Shown here: positions 26,653 to 37,847 of the stretch, piece after piece
Position numbering within the stretch: position 1 is the stretch's first letter
Layout: every line of letters starts with the position of its first letter
Origin: a virus
Lineage: Duplodnaviria; Heunggongvirae; Uroviricota; Caudoviricetes
Length of the DNA: 64,000 nucleotides
Reading direction: 5' to 3' (one strand)
Virus record (IMG/VR): IMGVR_UViG_3300034102_002177
Notes under the pieces: model-generated
Told to the model about the DNA's origin: nothing
Database searches by the model: none
The model's input: the letters and a program-made list of their open reading frames with translations, nothing else
Position numbers and translations under genes: made by a program

Positions 26653-29600
26653 CGGAGAGAATATATTAGTTGAATTTGACTACCAAAACATATCAGTTAT
26701 TGATCCAAACAAAGTTATTGATGAAGAAGGTAGACCAAAAGAGCGACTTATAGATCACGAAAATCTTGTGTTCTATGCAAATTTAGAATGCTCAGTTCTA
26801 CCAAGAACAAAGTTAGCGTTGGGGGTTTCATTGAACGAGTCAGTTAAAACAATATCTGTTGGAAAAATAAATTTCTTAAACCCCGGTTTTAAAAAGTTTT
26901 TAGATAATGGATGGTCAGATGAATTAACGGGTAAGAATACATTAAAAGGTGAGGGGGTAAATCAACCAAGAAAGTCGGTTAGTGTTAATCCTGATAAACC
27001 TGATGATTTTTATTTTAGTCAAAGTTTAGTTTCTAATGGTGTACCTGGTGCTGTAGATAATGGGTTATTAGGTATAACACAAATAAACTATACTTGTGGG
27101 TTAGATTTCGTACCTACGATTGATATTACCCTTGAGGATGTTAAAGGTAGATCTTTATTTGAGGGGGGTAATAATTCTCCTTACGCGGCTTTCTTCCAAT
27201 TCCCATATCCATTATTTTATTTAACAATAAAAGGATATTTGGGTAAAGCGGTTAGATTACCATTAATGTTAGAAAAATTCGGATCATCTTTTGATCCAAG
27301 TACAGGAAATTTTAGAGTGAGATTAGAAATGAAGACATATAAGTATACAATTATGTCTCACGTTAGTTACGGAGCAATGATGGGTACTCCATTAATGTAT
27401 AAATCTATTGTGTCAACAAACCAAACAAAACCTAATAGTAGTACTAATGATTCAACCTCAGTTGTAAAATCTTTTGCAAGTGAGGGATATCAAAAAATGA
27501 AAGAGTTATACTCTGAATATAAATCAAAAGGTTTAATTGATGATAACTTTCCTGAAATAACAATACAACAATTAAAATATAGGTTAGATAGATTTATTAA
27601 AAACATTATAGATAGTTTTAAAAAAACTAACTTAAATGTATTAAACGATTTGAATGACTATGAAACGCAATTAACTGAATATGAGGGTTATGTATTTTTT
27701 TATACCCCAGATTCTTGGGCAAAAACATATTTAGATCAAACTAATGTTTATATCCTTAAAGATAGTGGTGACTATGTTTATCAATGGAAAAAAGAATATA
27801 GAGATGATCCCGCAAAACAAACAGCACCATTAAATGAACTTAATGGTATAATCAAAAAGTTCAATCTTGCTTTATCTAAAAATAAAACACTTGGTTTAAA
27901 TCAACCAAACTATATACCAAATAAAATTGATTTAGAAAGTTGTATTACTAAAGCAAAATTTGATGATATCAATATAAATAAAACATATTATATTAGAACA
28001 AATAAAGAATTACCTGGTAATCCATCTGAAGTTGCGGCATTTACAAAAACATTAAAAATAGAATTCCAAAAGAACAAAAACTATCAATTTGAGGGAAAAG
28101 GGTATTTTATGGATTTTACAAAGAAAATTCAACAAAAGTATCAAACTGCGAGACAATCAATTGAAGAAAGTTTAACGACACAATTAGCCGATCAAATGAG
28201 TGATACCTCAACGGGAATTGGATTTGCTCCAACGATGAGAAATATTCTTGCGGTATTTTTTGCTCAAGGTGAAGCGTTTTTACGTTTAATGGATGATGTT
28301 CATACTAAGGCTTGGAATTTAAGAGAAGACCCGTATCGTAAAGAAGCGGTATTTGGAAGTAACTCAACAGTACCTAGTGTTGATATAAAAGGGGATGGTG
28401 TAGAGAGCACACCAATTTATCCTTGGCCTCAATTAATTGTTGAAAATACAAAAAATGATGGGGGAGAAAAATATGAATTAAAATATCCCGGTGATCCTGT
28501 GTTGGCAAGTAAATTAAAAGCGTTTATTCCTGAAATATGGCCTGAAGTTGAATTTGTTGAAGAATTTATAAAAGGATATACGGAGAGAGAATTACCAATA
28601 CCGGATCCTGAATATACAAATAATGGACTTACAAGACCCGATAGATTAAGTTTTAACGCGATTGAATTCCCGATTAACAACCAAGTATTCCAAAATACGG
28701 AAGAAGTTAAATTTTTCTATGAGATTTATGAGAGATTAATGTTGAATTCTTTTTATAGTTTAATGAGTAGGGATTCAGGTAAAATTTATAATATGAGTTT
28801 TTATTCTGCGGAGGCTGAGGTTACAGATATTATAAAGGCATTGGGAGATGATAATCCATTTTTAACTAAAAAATTAAAAGAGTATAATATCAACTCACAA
28901 GTTTATTTAGGGTTTTTGAGACATATATCTAATCAAGGTGAGGGTCAATCATGGCAAAACTTCATTAGAGGTGAATTTAATACGACATATATTAAAAATG
29001 AAACAATTAATCCTTTTGAACTTTTAGATGGAAAAATATTAAATAATGGTGTTTCACAACCAAATGTTGGTTTAGAAAATAGTGAATTAGTTGAAAAATA
29101 TTTTGGTGTTGATAATGTTCCCGAAACATATGATATATGTGATTTATATCCATTAACAAATTTAAAATGGGATAACAATTATTTGGCAAATGGAACGATA
29201 TTACAAAATACTCAATCCGTGTATAAAACTTCAGATGTATTAAAATATAATTTAAATAATAAATCAATCGTTAATTTTAATGAGGGTCAGGTTATAAAAC
29301 CAATTACCAATTTTAATTATGTTGATAGTGTTTTTAATCAAACAGTTATAACAACAAATTTAAAATTGTTTTATCAAAATAGACAAATAAAAGATCAATT
29401 TATTACTGAGGGAAATATTTTTTATAAAAACTATAACGGTAATTTATTATCGGATCAGACAACATCTATGTTAAATACCCCCTATTTTATAAATGCGATT
29501 CAAAAAGGTGTTTATAATTTTAGATATAACGGGGCGGATCTTGCACCATATAAATTGGCGGCATATCTTTTTTTAAATAGTTTACCTTTGGCAACACTAA

Positions 29601-32600
29601 AAGAAAGATATAAATTAGTTGATGACACAAATAACACAACGAATGAGTTGAGTTACATAATGTCAACAATTAAAAAATTTGGTGCGATACATAAATTACC
29701 TTACGCTTGGGTATTAAAATATGGGTCACTTTGGCATAGATATAAAACTTGGGTAGATACGGGGAATGATATATTAACGGATGTGTGGAAAGATTATAAC
29801 TATTCATATAACTATGATCCAATTAATAGTGCAACAACTAAGGTTTATAATGTTACAATTAATAACATCCCCCAAGAAATAATTTTAGAAGGTAATTTAA
29901 ATACTACGGTTGGGAACAACAACTATATAAAAACCGTAATAAATAATGGATTTTACCCAAAAACAATAGATGACTTTAACGTATTCTATCAAGGTAGAAC
30001 TTTATTTGACTCGACATTCCAAATTAATGGAACTTGTCAGATAGTTAATAATAATCAATTAAATATCTTATCAATAAATTCTAATGAGATAATTAATGGT
30101 ATGGTTATTTCTGGTACAGGAATACAATTTGGAACCACAATTGATTCACAAGTAAATGGAACAACAGGTGGGGTTGGTTTATATAATGTTTCACCTAATC
30201 AAACACAAAATGGTGGTGTAATTAATTTTGTTATTACAAATTTAAATTCTATTGGTTATACTAGTGGAGAAATACAGGCTGCGTTAGATACAAAATTATC
30301 TATGGTTAAAACAACTGAATCGGTTATTAATAGACCAAATGGATTTGATCCAATTGTTAATAATAGATCTTTGAATTTAACTCCTTGGTCTTGTTATGTA
30401 AAAACAACTGATGATGCGTTTGTTTATCCTTTACCTTCATTTGGGGGTTTGATTAATCAAACAAAAGATGAATGTTTTAATATAAATGGTAACATAACAA
30501 CAGAAGTTATTGGTAACTCAGCAATGTATAATGGTTCTGTTAGATTATTTTGGAAAGCCCCTAATTATGGTTATTACAATAATAGTAAAGTGGTTTCACC
30601 GGATCCTGATAGTTATCTTAAACAAATTTTTAATAGTGGGACAACACAAGAAAACTTCTCAATAAATGGTAACGATAGTGATTATTCTAAATTGGATGAG
30701 ATGTTTACAACGTTTGATAAAGATTCGTTAGATATTTTAGAAATAGAATTTTTAAATTTTAGTAGGTCTGCTTACGATTATGATACTTTAATACTCTCAA
30801 TAACGGAAGATGAAACAGAGAGTGAAAAGTCGTATAAAAATTTCCAAATGTTAATGAGAATGATGATGAAGGTCCCAACACCAACGTCAACAGTTGATAA
30901 CACAATTGTAGAAGAAATACAAAATGGTCAAATTGAGTCGTTTAAAACATATTTGTCTGGGTTTATGAATTATGAGGTTGTAATGAAATACGGTAACCCA
31001 TCTAATTTTAATAAGAAATTATTTTATACATTTTCCAACAAATACATTGAGGACCCATATGTATATCAAGGTTATAAACAATCGTCACCTAATACATTAC
31101 CAAATGGGGTTTTAAGTCCTGTTACGTTGGCTCAATCAAAGGCTAATAACCCACAAACATGGAAGGCGTTAGAGACATATGTTGGTTTTTCAGAAATACC
31201 ACAATTACAATATAAAAACACCGGATCATATATAACAGATTTCTTTATTGATTTAGACGTACAATTTAATGAAAAGAATGTGATACAATTTGCTCCTATT
31301 ATAAAAATTTATGCGACTCAAAAACTTAAAAAAAGTAATATTACGAGAAGTGAATTTTATACCCTAATGAATAATTATCTAAATAAAAATGAAGATTATA
31401 TTGATACCGTTATTGATTTAGAGTTAACAAGATTAAGAAATAAATTACCAAATATTATTGTCACTCCCGATAGAACAAGTGTTAAATCTGATCTACAGGG
31501 GGAACAAAGTAGATATGAGCTTTGGGACACATTTAAATCTATAAACGATAAGTTTATTTCGGGTAATGATTATAAAACAAAAACATTATTTGAAGATATA
31601 TTATTATTTGATAGAGCAAGTAGGGATGTTGGTCAAAGAATCTATGCTGATATTTTTAAAGTAAAAGATTTAATAGAGTATGGTAAATATACTAACACCA
31701 TGTTAGATATGGTTACCACAATTTTAACTGAAAATAATTTTACATATTTTACTTTACCGGCTTACGCTAATTTTTATAATGTGCAAGATGCAAGTAAAAA
31801 CCCAACACCAAATCCCGAAGGAACTTTAGAGTTTGCTAATTCGTTATTTGGTACATTTTTAAGTTTGGACTATAGAGAAACAACTTCAAAGTTTTTATGT
31901 TTATATGCTAACAAACCTAGTGAACATTTAGCATTAAATGATAATGTGGATTATCGTTTTAGGGATGATGCGTTTGATTTAAGAAGGGCAAGTGACAATC
32001 CCTTACTTGATAATCTAAATGGAAAAACAGATTGGGATAAGTCAAATAAAGTCGTTGGTTTTAATGTGGACATAGGGCCTCAAAACCAACAAATATTCAA
32101 ACAGTTTGACATTTCTCAAGATCCTGGTATGCCGACAACAGAGTCGTTGGAAGTATTAAATCAAATGGCAAACTTGAATCGTAATAGAAGTGAATCTACA
32201 CAGAGTGTTTCATTATATAACCTTTATAGAAATAGAAGTTATAAGTGTAACATTGATATGTTAGGGAATGCAATGATTCAACCAATGATGTACTTTAATT
32301 TAAGAAACGTTCCTATGTTTAGTGGTCCTTATATGATTTTAAAGGTAACACATAGAATTAGTGAGAATGGTTTTGACACTGAATTTGAGGGTCAAAGACA
32401 ACCATTTTATAGTATTCCCGCGATAGATAAATTTTTACAGTCATTAAACACTAAAATTTTAGAAACAATAAAAGAACAGATTGTAAAGGAAGAAACGGCG
32501 TTACTTGAATCTGAAGGTAATATTTTACAAGAACAAAGTGATATAATAAATAATACTGTTAATGGTAACGGATCATTAACTACTAATCAAAATTGTTCCG

Positions 32601-33157
32601 ATAAATTGAATAGTTCTTATGTTAATTACACTAATGAAACTCCTGTTAAAACAACATTAACTTTAAAGAACGCTGTTGATATAATAAAAGTTGAAATGAA
32701 TAACGCTAATATTACAACAGATAATCAAACGTTAATGTTAGCTTTTTTATTTTCTATAATGTATATTGATTCATATAAGTCCAACAAATTTGAAGCATAT
32801 GGACATAATTACGGATCAATAAGATTGGATGTTTCTTATGGTGGAGCATCCGCAATTATGGAAAATAAATATTATTGTGTAAATCAAGGTACAACTCAAA
32901 ATATACCTTTGGCGATTTTTATTAGCGATACTGCGTTTATTAGATTTGCTATAACTAAGTTCAAAGAGAAATTACCATACATAAAAAATCAACCATTAAC
33001 AACTGAAGATGAACAAATAAAGGCGTTGGCTAAAACATTTATATTAAGATGGCCTATTAATCAACCTGATAATGTTTATGATAAAATGACAGAACAAGAT
33101 AAAAAAACTGTTGAAAATAAATTTAGAGAGGCGTTTAATACTGTTAAATCAATATAG
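26642..33157 (+). CDS. Baseplate hub protein (gp27 / P2 gpD / VgrG-like) with large insertions
   Basis: N-terminal GITQI...PTIDITLEDVKGRSL and C-proximal CNIDMLGNAMIQPMMYF...GPYMILKVTHRISENGFDTEFEG; 2171 aa. Confidence 0.75.
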   Translation: MVNNGENILVEFDYQNISVIDPNKVIDEEGRPKERLIDHENLVFYANLECSVLPRTKLALGVSLNESVKTISVGKINFLNPGFKKFLDNGWSDELTGKNTLKGEGVNQPRKSVSVNPDKPDDFYFSQSLVSNGVPGAVDNGLLGITQINYTCGLDFVPTIDITLEDVKGRSLFEGGNNSPYAAFFQFPYPLFYLTIKGYLGKAVRLPLMLEKFGSSFDPSTGNFRVRLEMKTYKYTIMSHVSYGAMMGTPLMYKSIVSTNQTKPNSSTNDSTSVVKSFASEGYQKMKELYSEYKSKGLIDDNFPEITIQQLKYRLDRFIKNIIDSFKKTNLNVLNDLNDYETQLTEYEGYVFFYTPDSWAKTYLDQTNVYILKDSGDYVYQWKKEYRDDPAKQTAPLNELNGIIKKFNLALSKNKTLGLNQPNYIPNKIDLESCITKAKFDDININKTYYIRTNKELPGNPSEVAAFTKTLKIEFQKNKNYQFEGKGYFMDFTKKIQQKYQTARQSIEESLTTQLADQMSDTSTGIGFAPTMRNILAVFFAQGEAFLRLMDDVHTKAWNLREDPYRKEAVFGSNSTVPSVDIKGDGVESTPIYPWPQLIVENTKNDGGEKYELKYPGDPVLASKLKAFIPEIWPEVEFVEEFIKGYTERELPIPDPEYTNNGLTRPDRLSFNAIEFPINNQVFQNTEEVKFFYEIYERLMLNSFYSLMSRDSGKIYNMSFYSAEAEVTDIIKALGDDNPFLTKKLKEYNINSQVYLGFLRHISNQGEGQSWQNFIRGEFNTTYIKNETINPFELLDGKILNNGVSQPNVGLENSELVEKYFGVDNVPETYDICDLYPLTNLKWDNNYLANGTILQNTQSVYKTSDVLKYNLNNKSIVNFNEGQVIKPITNFNYVDSVFNQTVITTNLKLFYQNRQIKDQFITEGNIFYKNYNGNLLSDQTTSMLNTPYFINAIQKGVYNFRYNGADLAPYKLAAYLFLNSLPLATLKERYKLVDDTNNTTNELSYIMSTIKKFGAIHKLPYAWVLKYGSLWHRYKTWVDTGNDILTDVWKDYNYSYNYDPINSATTKVYNVTINNIPQEIILEGNLNTTVGNNNYIKTVINNGFYPKTIDDFNVFYQGRTLFDSTFQINGTCQIVNNNQLNILSINSNEIINGMVISGTGIQFGTTIDSQVNGTTGGVGLYNVSPNQTQNGGVINFVITNLNSIGYTSGEIQAALDTKLSMVKTTESVINRPNGFDPIVNNRSLNLTPWSCYVKTTDDAFVYPLPSFGGLINQTKDECFNINGNITTEVIGNSAMYNGSVRLFWKAPNYGYYNNSKVVSPDPDSYLKQIFNSGTTQENFSINGNDSDYSKLDEMFTTFDKDSLDILEIEFLNFSRSAYDYDTLILSITEDETESEKSYKNFQMLMRMMMKVPTPTSTVDNTIVEEIQNGQIESFKTYLSGFMNYEVVMKYGNPSNFNKKLFYTFSNKYIEDPYVYQGYKQSSPNTLPNGVLSPVTLAQSKANNPQTWKALETYVGFSEIPQLQYKNTGSYITDFFIDLDVQFNEKNVIQFAPIIKIYATQKLKKSNITRSEFYTLMNNYLNKNEDYIDTVIDLELTRLRNKLPNIIVTPDRTSVKSDLQGEQSRYELWDTFKSINDKFISGNDYKTKTLFEDILLFDRASRDVGQRIYADIFKVKDLIEYGKYTNTMLDMVTTILTENNFTYFTLPAYANFYNVQDASKNPTPNPEGTLEFANSLFGTFLSLDYRETTSKFLCLYANKPSEHLALNDNVDYRFRDDAFDLRRASDNPLLDNLNGKTDWDKSNKVVGFNVDIGPQNQQIFKQFDISQDPGMPTTESLEVLNQMANLNRNRSESTQSVSLYNLYRNRSYKCNIDMLGNAMIQPMMYFNLRNVPMFSGPYMILKVTHRISENGFDTEFEGQRQPFYSIPAIDKFLQSLNTKILETIKEQIVKEETALLESEGNILQEQSDIINNTVNGNGSLTTNQNCSDKLNSSYVNYTNETPVKTTLTLKNAVDIIKVEMNNANITTDNQTLMLAFLFSIMYIDSYKSNKFEAYGHNYGSIRLDVSYGGASAIMENKYYCVNQGTTQNIPLAIFISDTAFIRFAITKFKEKLPYIKNQPLTTEDEQIKALAKTFILRWPINQPDNVYDKMTEQDKKTVENKFREAFNTVKSI

Positions 33158-33206
33158 TATGAAAGTGTTTTTTTCGTTTTGTTAGATATTTATAATAAAA
33201 AAAACT

Positions 33207-33431
33207 ATGAGCACAAAATTAATTTTAGATAATTATCTTGGTAAGAATACAAGAATGTCAGAAAAAGATGCGGGTAACGGATTTAAAGAGGTATGTGATT
33301 TAGATACCGGTGATTGTTATACTATAAGAATGAAAGATGGGTTAATTGAGCGTGTGGATAACACGATGAATACCAATAAAAAAATTCAAGTTGAAACTAA
33401 AACTGGAATAAAACAATTATTAAACGGATAA
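33207..33431 (+). CDS. Hypothetical protein
   Basis: 74 aa ORF with a TATTTAT motif upstream, coupled to the next ORF. Confidence 0.65.
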   Translation: MSTKLILDNYLGKNTRMSEKDAGNGFKEVCDLDTGDCYTIRMKDGLIERVDNTMNTNKKIQVETKTGIKQLLNG

Positions 33432-33432
33432 T

Positions 33433-34050
33433 ATGTCAATAGATAAAAAAATACTAGAAGAAATAAAAAGATATAATAACATTAATAAGTATATCTTGGA
33501 ACAAGGTGAATTACCTCCCCCACCGGCTCCGGATCCTGCGGCGGCTGTTGCCCCTGTAAGTCCTGAAGCCGCAATAGCTCCTGAAGCACCCGTACCTCCA
33601 ACAAATACTCCACAACCTGTTGATATTGAAAATGATCCTGATGTTGAAGAGGTGGGTAAGGAAACTGAAGAACTTGACATAACAGATTTAGTTGATACTC
33701 AAAAAACATTTGCTGACAAACAAGAAGAATATTTTAACAATTTATTTGATCAATTAAAAAATCTTGAAACCAAATTAGGTGAAATGGATAATTTAGTTAA
33801 TACGGTAAATAATTTAGAAACAAAAATTGAAAAAATTAGACCAAAAACACCTGAAGAAAAATTAGAACTTAGAAGTTTAGATTCGGGGCCATTTAATCAA
33901 AAACTAAGTGAATTTTTTGATGATAAGATGGATGACATGGAAAAATCAGGAAAAAATGAATATGTTTTAACTACTGATGAAGTTGAAGAATATTCCCCTA
34001 GTGAAATTAAGGGAAGTTTCAACGATTTTGAAGAAGATGAAATGATATAA
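33433..34050 (+). CDS. Acidic, Pro/Ala-rich, coiled-coil protein (scaffold/internal-protein-like)
   Basis: 205 aa with PPPPAPDPAAAVAP linker and heptad-like FDQLKNLETKLGEMDNLVNTVNNLETKIEKI. Confidence 0.6.
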   Translation: MSIDKKILEEIKRYNNINKYILEQGELPPPPAPDPAAAVAPVSPEAAIAPEAPVPPTNTPQPVDIENDPDVEEVGKETEELDITDLVDTQKTFADKQEEYFNNLFDQLKNLETKLGEMDNLVNTVNNLETKIEKIRPKTPEEKLELRSLDSGPFNQKLSEFFDDKMDDMEKSGKNEYVLTTDEVEEYSPSEIKGSFNDFEEDEMI

Positions 34051-34056
34051 TACTTT

Positions 34057-34088
34057 AGAGAGAGACATTAACATCTCTCTCTTTTTTT
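34057..34088 (+). terminator. Intrinsic terminator closing the structural unit
   Basis: AGAGAGAGA-CATTAACA-TCTCTCTCT followed by a T-run. Confidence 0.85.
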
Positions 34089-34098
34089 AACATACCTT

Positions 34099-34130
34099 AT
34101 TGACTACTCTATTTTTTATAACTATATTTT
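34099..34130 (+). promoter_or_regulatory. Host-sigma-type promoter of the replication block
   Basis: ATTG-N20-TATATTTT, also TTGACT-N17-TATATT, the same hexamers and spacing as the polymerase promoter. Confidence 0.65.
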
Positions 34131-34160
34131 CTACGTAAACCTTTAATAAATATATATACA

Positions 34161-35024
34161 ATGGCGACAAACGAAACCTTAAAAGCAATGTTGGACCAGT
34201 ACGAGAGTTCAAAACAAAGTGGATCATCCACTTCAAAAATGTCTCAGGACGAAAGAATGAAAAAGTATTTCGCAGCAATCCTTAAAGACAGCGAAAAACA
34301 AGGACAAAGAAAAATCCGTATTTTACCAACAACTGATGGATCATCACCTTTTAAAGAGGTATGGTTCCACGAAATCAATGTTGATGGTAAATGGCAGAAA
34401 TTTTATGATCCGGGAAAAAATGACAACGAACGTTCACCTTTAAACGAGGTTTACGAAGAGTTAATGTCAACAGGTCGTGAATCAGACAAACAATTGGCAA
34501 CACAATATAAAGCTCGTAAGTTTTACATTGTTAAAGTGGTTGACCGTGATCACGAAGAAGACGGTGTTAAATTTTGGAGATTTAAACACAATTACAAACA
34601 AGAAGGAATTTTAGATAAAATCATTCCAATCCTTAGAGCTAAAGGAGATGTTACCGATTCAGATAATGGTCGTGACTTAATCCTTGAACTTACAAAGGCA
34701 AAGACACCAAAAGGTGCAACATACACGGTAATTCAAACCGTAATGTATGACGATCCAACACCAACACATGAAGACGCTGAACAGTCATCTACTTGGATCA
34801 ACGATGAGTTGACTTGGGAGGACGTATATTCTAAAAAACCTGTTGAATATCTTGAATCAATTGCGAGAGGAGAAACTCCTCGTTGGGATACAGACGCAGG
34901 TAAATACATCTACTCAAATAGTAGTGAATCGGAAGTATCTATGGGAGGTTCAACACCAAAATCAATTAATGAGGTTGCAGATCCTCAGGTAAATGATGAC
35001 GAAGACGAAGATTTACCATTCTAA
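34161..35024 (+). CDS. Single-stranded DNA-binding protein, T4 gp32-like
   Basis: KIRILP...PF..VWFH, ARKFYIVKVVDR, GVKFWRF, GRDLIL, acidic tail DDEDEDLPF. Confidence 0.88.
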   Translation: MATNETLKAMLDQYESSKQSGSSTSKMSQDERMKKYFAAILKDSEKQGQRKIRILPTTDGSSPFKEVWFHEINVDGKWQKFYDPGKNDNERSPLNEVYEELMSTGRESDKQLATQYKARKFYIVKVVDRDHEEDGVKFWRFKHNYKQEGILDKIIPILRAKGDVTDSDNGRDLILELTKAKTPKGATYTVIQTVMYDDPTPTHEDAEQSSTWINDELTWEDVYSKKPVEYLESIARGETPRWDTDAGKYIYSNSSESEVSMGGSTPKSINEVADPQVNDDEDEDLPF

Positions 35025-35039
35025 TTAAAATAATAACTT

Positions 35040-35080
35040 ATACTAGGACACTTACATAGACAAGGTGTCCTAGTATTTTT
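35040..35080 (+). terminator. Long hairpin/terminator after SSB
   Basis: ATACTAGGACAC...GTGTCCTAGTAT is a perfect 12-bp stem followed by TTTT. Confidence 0.75.
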
Positions 35081-35093
35081 AAATCAAAATAAA

Positions 35094-35315
35094 ATGAATA
35101 AGATTTCAGAAAAAATGTATGAGGCATTGACCTTAAAGTATCGTTCGGAAATGGCGGAAGCGGAAGCAACCTTGTTAGTTTATTTTACAAATCCTGTTGG
35201 TATTGGAGAACATCCACAACACATTGAGGAAATGGATAAATTGGTTGAGAAAATGGTTAACGCACAAGATAAAATGAATGCATTAGAAACATTCCATAAA
35301 TATAATTTCAATTAA
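35094..35315 (+). CDS. Conserved small phage protein
   Basis: VYFTNPVGIGEH motif typical of a small family in T4-like phages; 73 aa. Confidence 0.75.
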   Translation: MNKISEKMYEALTLKYRSEMAEAEATLLVYFTNPVGIGEHPQHIEEMDKLVEKMVNAQDKMNALETFHKYNFN

Positions 35316-35316
35316 T

Positions 35317-36324
35317 ATGGCAATTAAGAAAACAGATTTTAGTTCATTGAAGAAAAAATTCTCTTCAGACGCAAAATATAAACCACAAAGATTTTTTGAT
35401 CTTGGATCTGATTTCTTGGATGCGGTAGGTTTACCTGGTCCTGCTATTGGACACCTTAATATGTTGTTGGGTCATTCTGACACTGGTAAAACAACAGCAC
35501 TTATTAAAACTGCGGTTGATGCTCAAAAGAAAGGGATTCTTCCTGTTTTCATTATTACCGAACAAAAATGGTCCTTTGAACACTCAAAAATAATGGGGTT
35601 TGAATGTGAAGAAGTAGTCGATGAAGAAACAGGTGAATTAACTTGGGACGGATTCTTCTTGTTTAATAACAATTTCAGTTATATTGAACAAATTACAGAT
35701 TACATTAATGAACTATTGGATGCACAAGAAAAAGGTGAATTAGATTATTCACTTTGTATTATGTGGGATTCAGTTGGATCAGTTCCTTGTAAAATGACTT
35801 ACGAAGGTAAAGGAGGTAAACAACATAACGCTTCCACATTGGCGGATAAAATTGGTATGGGTATTAACCAACGTATTTCAGGATCTCGTAAAGCGGATTC
35901 TAAATACGAGAATACTTTAATCATTGTTAATCAACCTTGGGTTGAATTACCTGACAATCCATTTGGACAACCAAAAATTAAAGCTAAAGGTGGTGAGGCA
36001 ATTTGGTTGAACTCTTCTTTGGTATTCTTATTTGGGAATCAAAAAGGTGCGGGTACAACAAAGATTACCGCAACAAAAGACAAACGAACAGTTAAGTTTG
36101 CTTCAAGAACAAAAGTGTCGGTTATGAAAAACCACATCAATGGACTTGGATTTGAAGATGGTAAAATCATTGTAACCCCACACGGATTTTTACCGGGTAA
36201 AGATACCACAGAAGAAAAGGCATCAATAGAAAAGTATAAGAAAGAATATGCTGACTATTGGAAAGACATAATCGGAGTTGATGGTGACTTTGATTTGAAA
36301 ACAGAAAAAGAAGAAGTAGAGTAG
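35317..36324 (+). CDS. uvsX: RecA/UvsX-like recombinase
   Basis: Walker A GHSDTGKTT, Walker B IMWDSVGS, IIVNQ, GGEAI, VMKNH. Confidence 0.9.
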   Translation: MAIKKTDFSSLKKKFSSDAKYKPQRFFDLGSDFLDAVGLPGPAIGHLNMLLGHSDTGKTTALIKTAVDAQKKGILPVFIITEQKWSFEHSKIMGFECEEVVDEETGELTWDGFFLFNNNFSYIEQITDYINELLDAQEKGELDYSLCIMWDSVGSVPCKMTYEGKGGKQHNASTLADKIGMGINQRISGSRKADSKYENTLIIVNQPWVELPDNPFGQPKIKAKGGEAIWLNSSLVFLFGNQKGAGTTKITATKDKRTVKFASRTKVSVMKNHINGLGFEDGKIIVTPHGFLPGKDTTEEKASIEKYKKEYADYWKDIIGVDGDFDLKTEKEEVE

Positions 36325-36345
36325 TAACATTTAAAGTAAAACAAA

Positions 36346-37353
36346 ATGTCAAAAACCTTATTGGTTGACGGTAACAATTTATTAAAAATAGGATTTCACG
36401 GGGCTCGTGATCTTTTTAACAAAGGTGAACACGTAGGAGGTATTTGGCACTTTTTAAATACGTTACGTAAATTCTTAGAAGAAACAAACTTCAATAAAGT
36501 AGTTGTATTTTGGGATAGTAAAACAAGCTCATCACAGAGAAGAATACTATACCCAAAATATAAACTCAATCGTAATCCTTTGGAAAACGAAAGTAAGGAA
36601 GAATCCTTCACCAATCAAAAACAAAGAGTTAAACAATATCTTGAAGAGATGTTTGTGAGACAATTAGAGACGGAAAATTCAGAAGCCGATGATCTTATCG
36701 CACACTACTGTAAAGTATCGTTAGAAGAAGAAAAAACGATATTCTCAAGTGATAGAGATTTAACTCAGTTGATATCTGAAAAGGTATCTATTTATTCCCC
36801 CCAAGCAAAACGTTATTATAAGTTCGGAGACAAAATTAAACTTAAAGATTATGAGTTTCCGCACAATAATATTAAAACTGTTAAGATCTTAACGGGGGAT
36901 AGTTCAGACAACATCGATGGTATCTTTTATCTTGGTGAGAAAACTTTAGTTAAGTTTTTTCCTGAGATACTTGATTCAGAGGTTTCTTTTACCGATATTT
37001 TAACAAAAGGTGAGGAATTACTGAAAGAAAATAAAGACGTTGTTGTCTTACAGAATTTACTCAGTGGGAAAACAAAGGAGGGGATTTATGGGGATGAGTT
37101 TTTTGTAGTTAATCAAAAAATAGTTGATTTATCAGAACCTTTAATTTCCGATGAGGGAAAAGAATTAGTTGAAATGTACCAATCAGAGTCGATGGATCCC
37201 GACGGTAGAGGACATAGAAATCTAATTAGAATGATGATGGAGGATGGATTCTTTAAATACCTACCAAAAGGAGATGATAATTGGGTTAATTTCTTAAAAC
37301 CATTTTTGAAATTATCAAGAAAAGAAAAAACAAAATTTAGAAACAAAAAGTAA
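36346..37353 (+). CDS. 5'-3' exonuclease / flap endonuclease (T4 RNase H-like)
   Basis: LLVDGNN, VVFWD, YPKYK.NR, EADDLIA, SSDRDLTQL, LTGDSSDNIDGI...GEKT. Confidence 0.92.
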   Translation: MSKTLLVDGNNLLKIGFHGARDLFNKGEHVGGIWHFLNTLRKFLEETNFNKVVVFWDSKTSSSQRRILYPKYKLNRNPLENESKEESFTNQKQRVKQYLEEMFVRQLETENSEADDLIAHYCKVSLEEEKTIFSSDRDLTQLISEKVSIYSPQAKRYYKFGDKIKLKDYEFPHNNIKTVKILTGDSSDNIDGIFYLGEKTLVKFFPEILDSEVSFTDILTKGEELLKENKDVVVLQNLLSGKTKEGIYGDEFFVVNQKIVDLSEPLISDEGKELVEMYQSESMDPDGRGHRNLIRMMMEDGFFKYLPKGDDNWVNFLKPFLKLSRKEKTKFRNKK

Positions 37354-37363
37354 AAACAAAATT

Positions 37364-37813
37364 ATGAGAGATCAAGATGTAACAAAGGTAGAGTTTTTGT
37401 TAATGTGTAATGATAACATCGTAGTACAACGATTTTTTAATGTGAAAGGTTTTAATAGAAGTGCTCACAAATCAGAAGAGTTTTACGATTATATCCGTAG
37501 TTTTACAGAAAAACTACAATACAATTTAAAGATGAGAAGTATTGTCTATATGTTAGACAATCAATATGAAATTGGGGAGAACCCTGAGATGTTAAATACG
37601 TCAATTACAGACGGTCCTGAAAATTTTAATGTATATATTAAGGTTGGGGACATGACAATTTGTCAGAGAACTTTTGATGCTAAACTATACCCACCAAAGG
37701 TAAGATACACCGTAGACCTACGCCCACAACTAAAAGGTATACTAAGTGACCTGACTGACATTTTTTCAGGCAAAAATTTTAATTTTTATTATCCCGAATT
37801 TATCCAAAACTAA
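37364..37813 (+). CDS. Hypothetical protein
   Basis: 149 aa ORF in operon context between the exonuclease and helicase genes. Confidence 0.7.
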   Translation: MRDQDVTKVEFLLMCNDNIVVQRFFNVKGFNRSAHKSEEFYDYIRSFTEKLQYNLKMRSIVYMLDNQYEIGENPEMLNTSITDGPENFNVYIKVGDMTICQRTFDAKLYPPKVRYTVDLRPQLKGILSDLTDIFSGKNFNFYYPEFIQN

Positions 37814-37847
37814 TAGTATTTATCTTTACTAACAGAAGGAAAATTAT

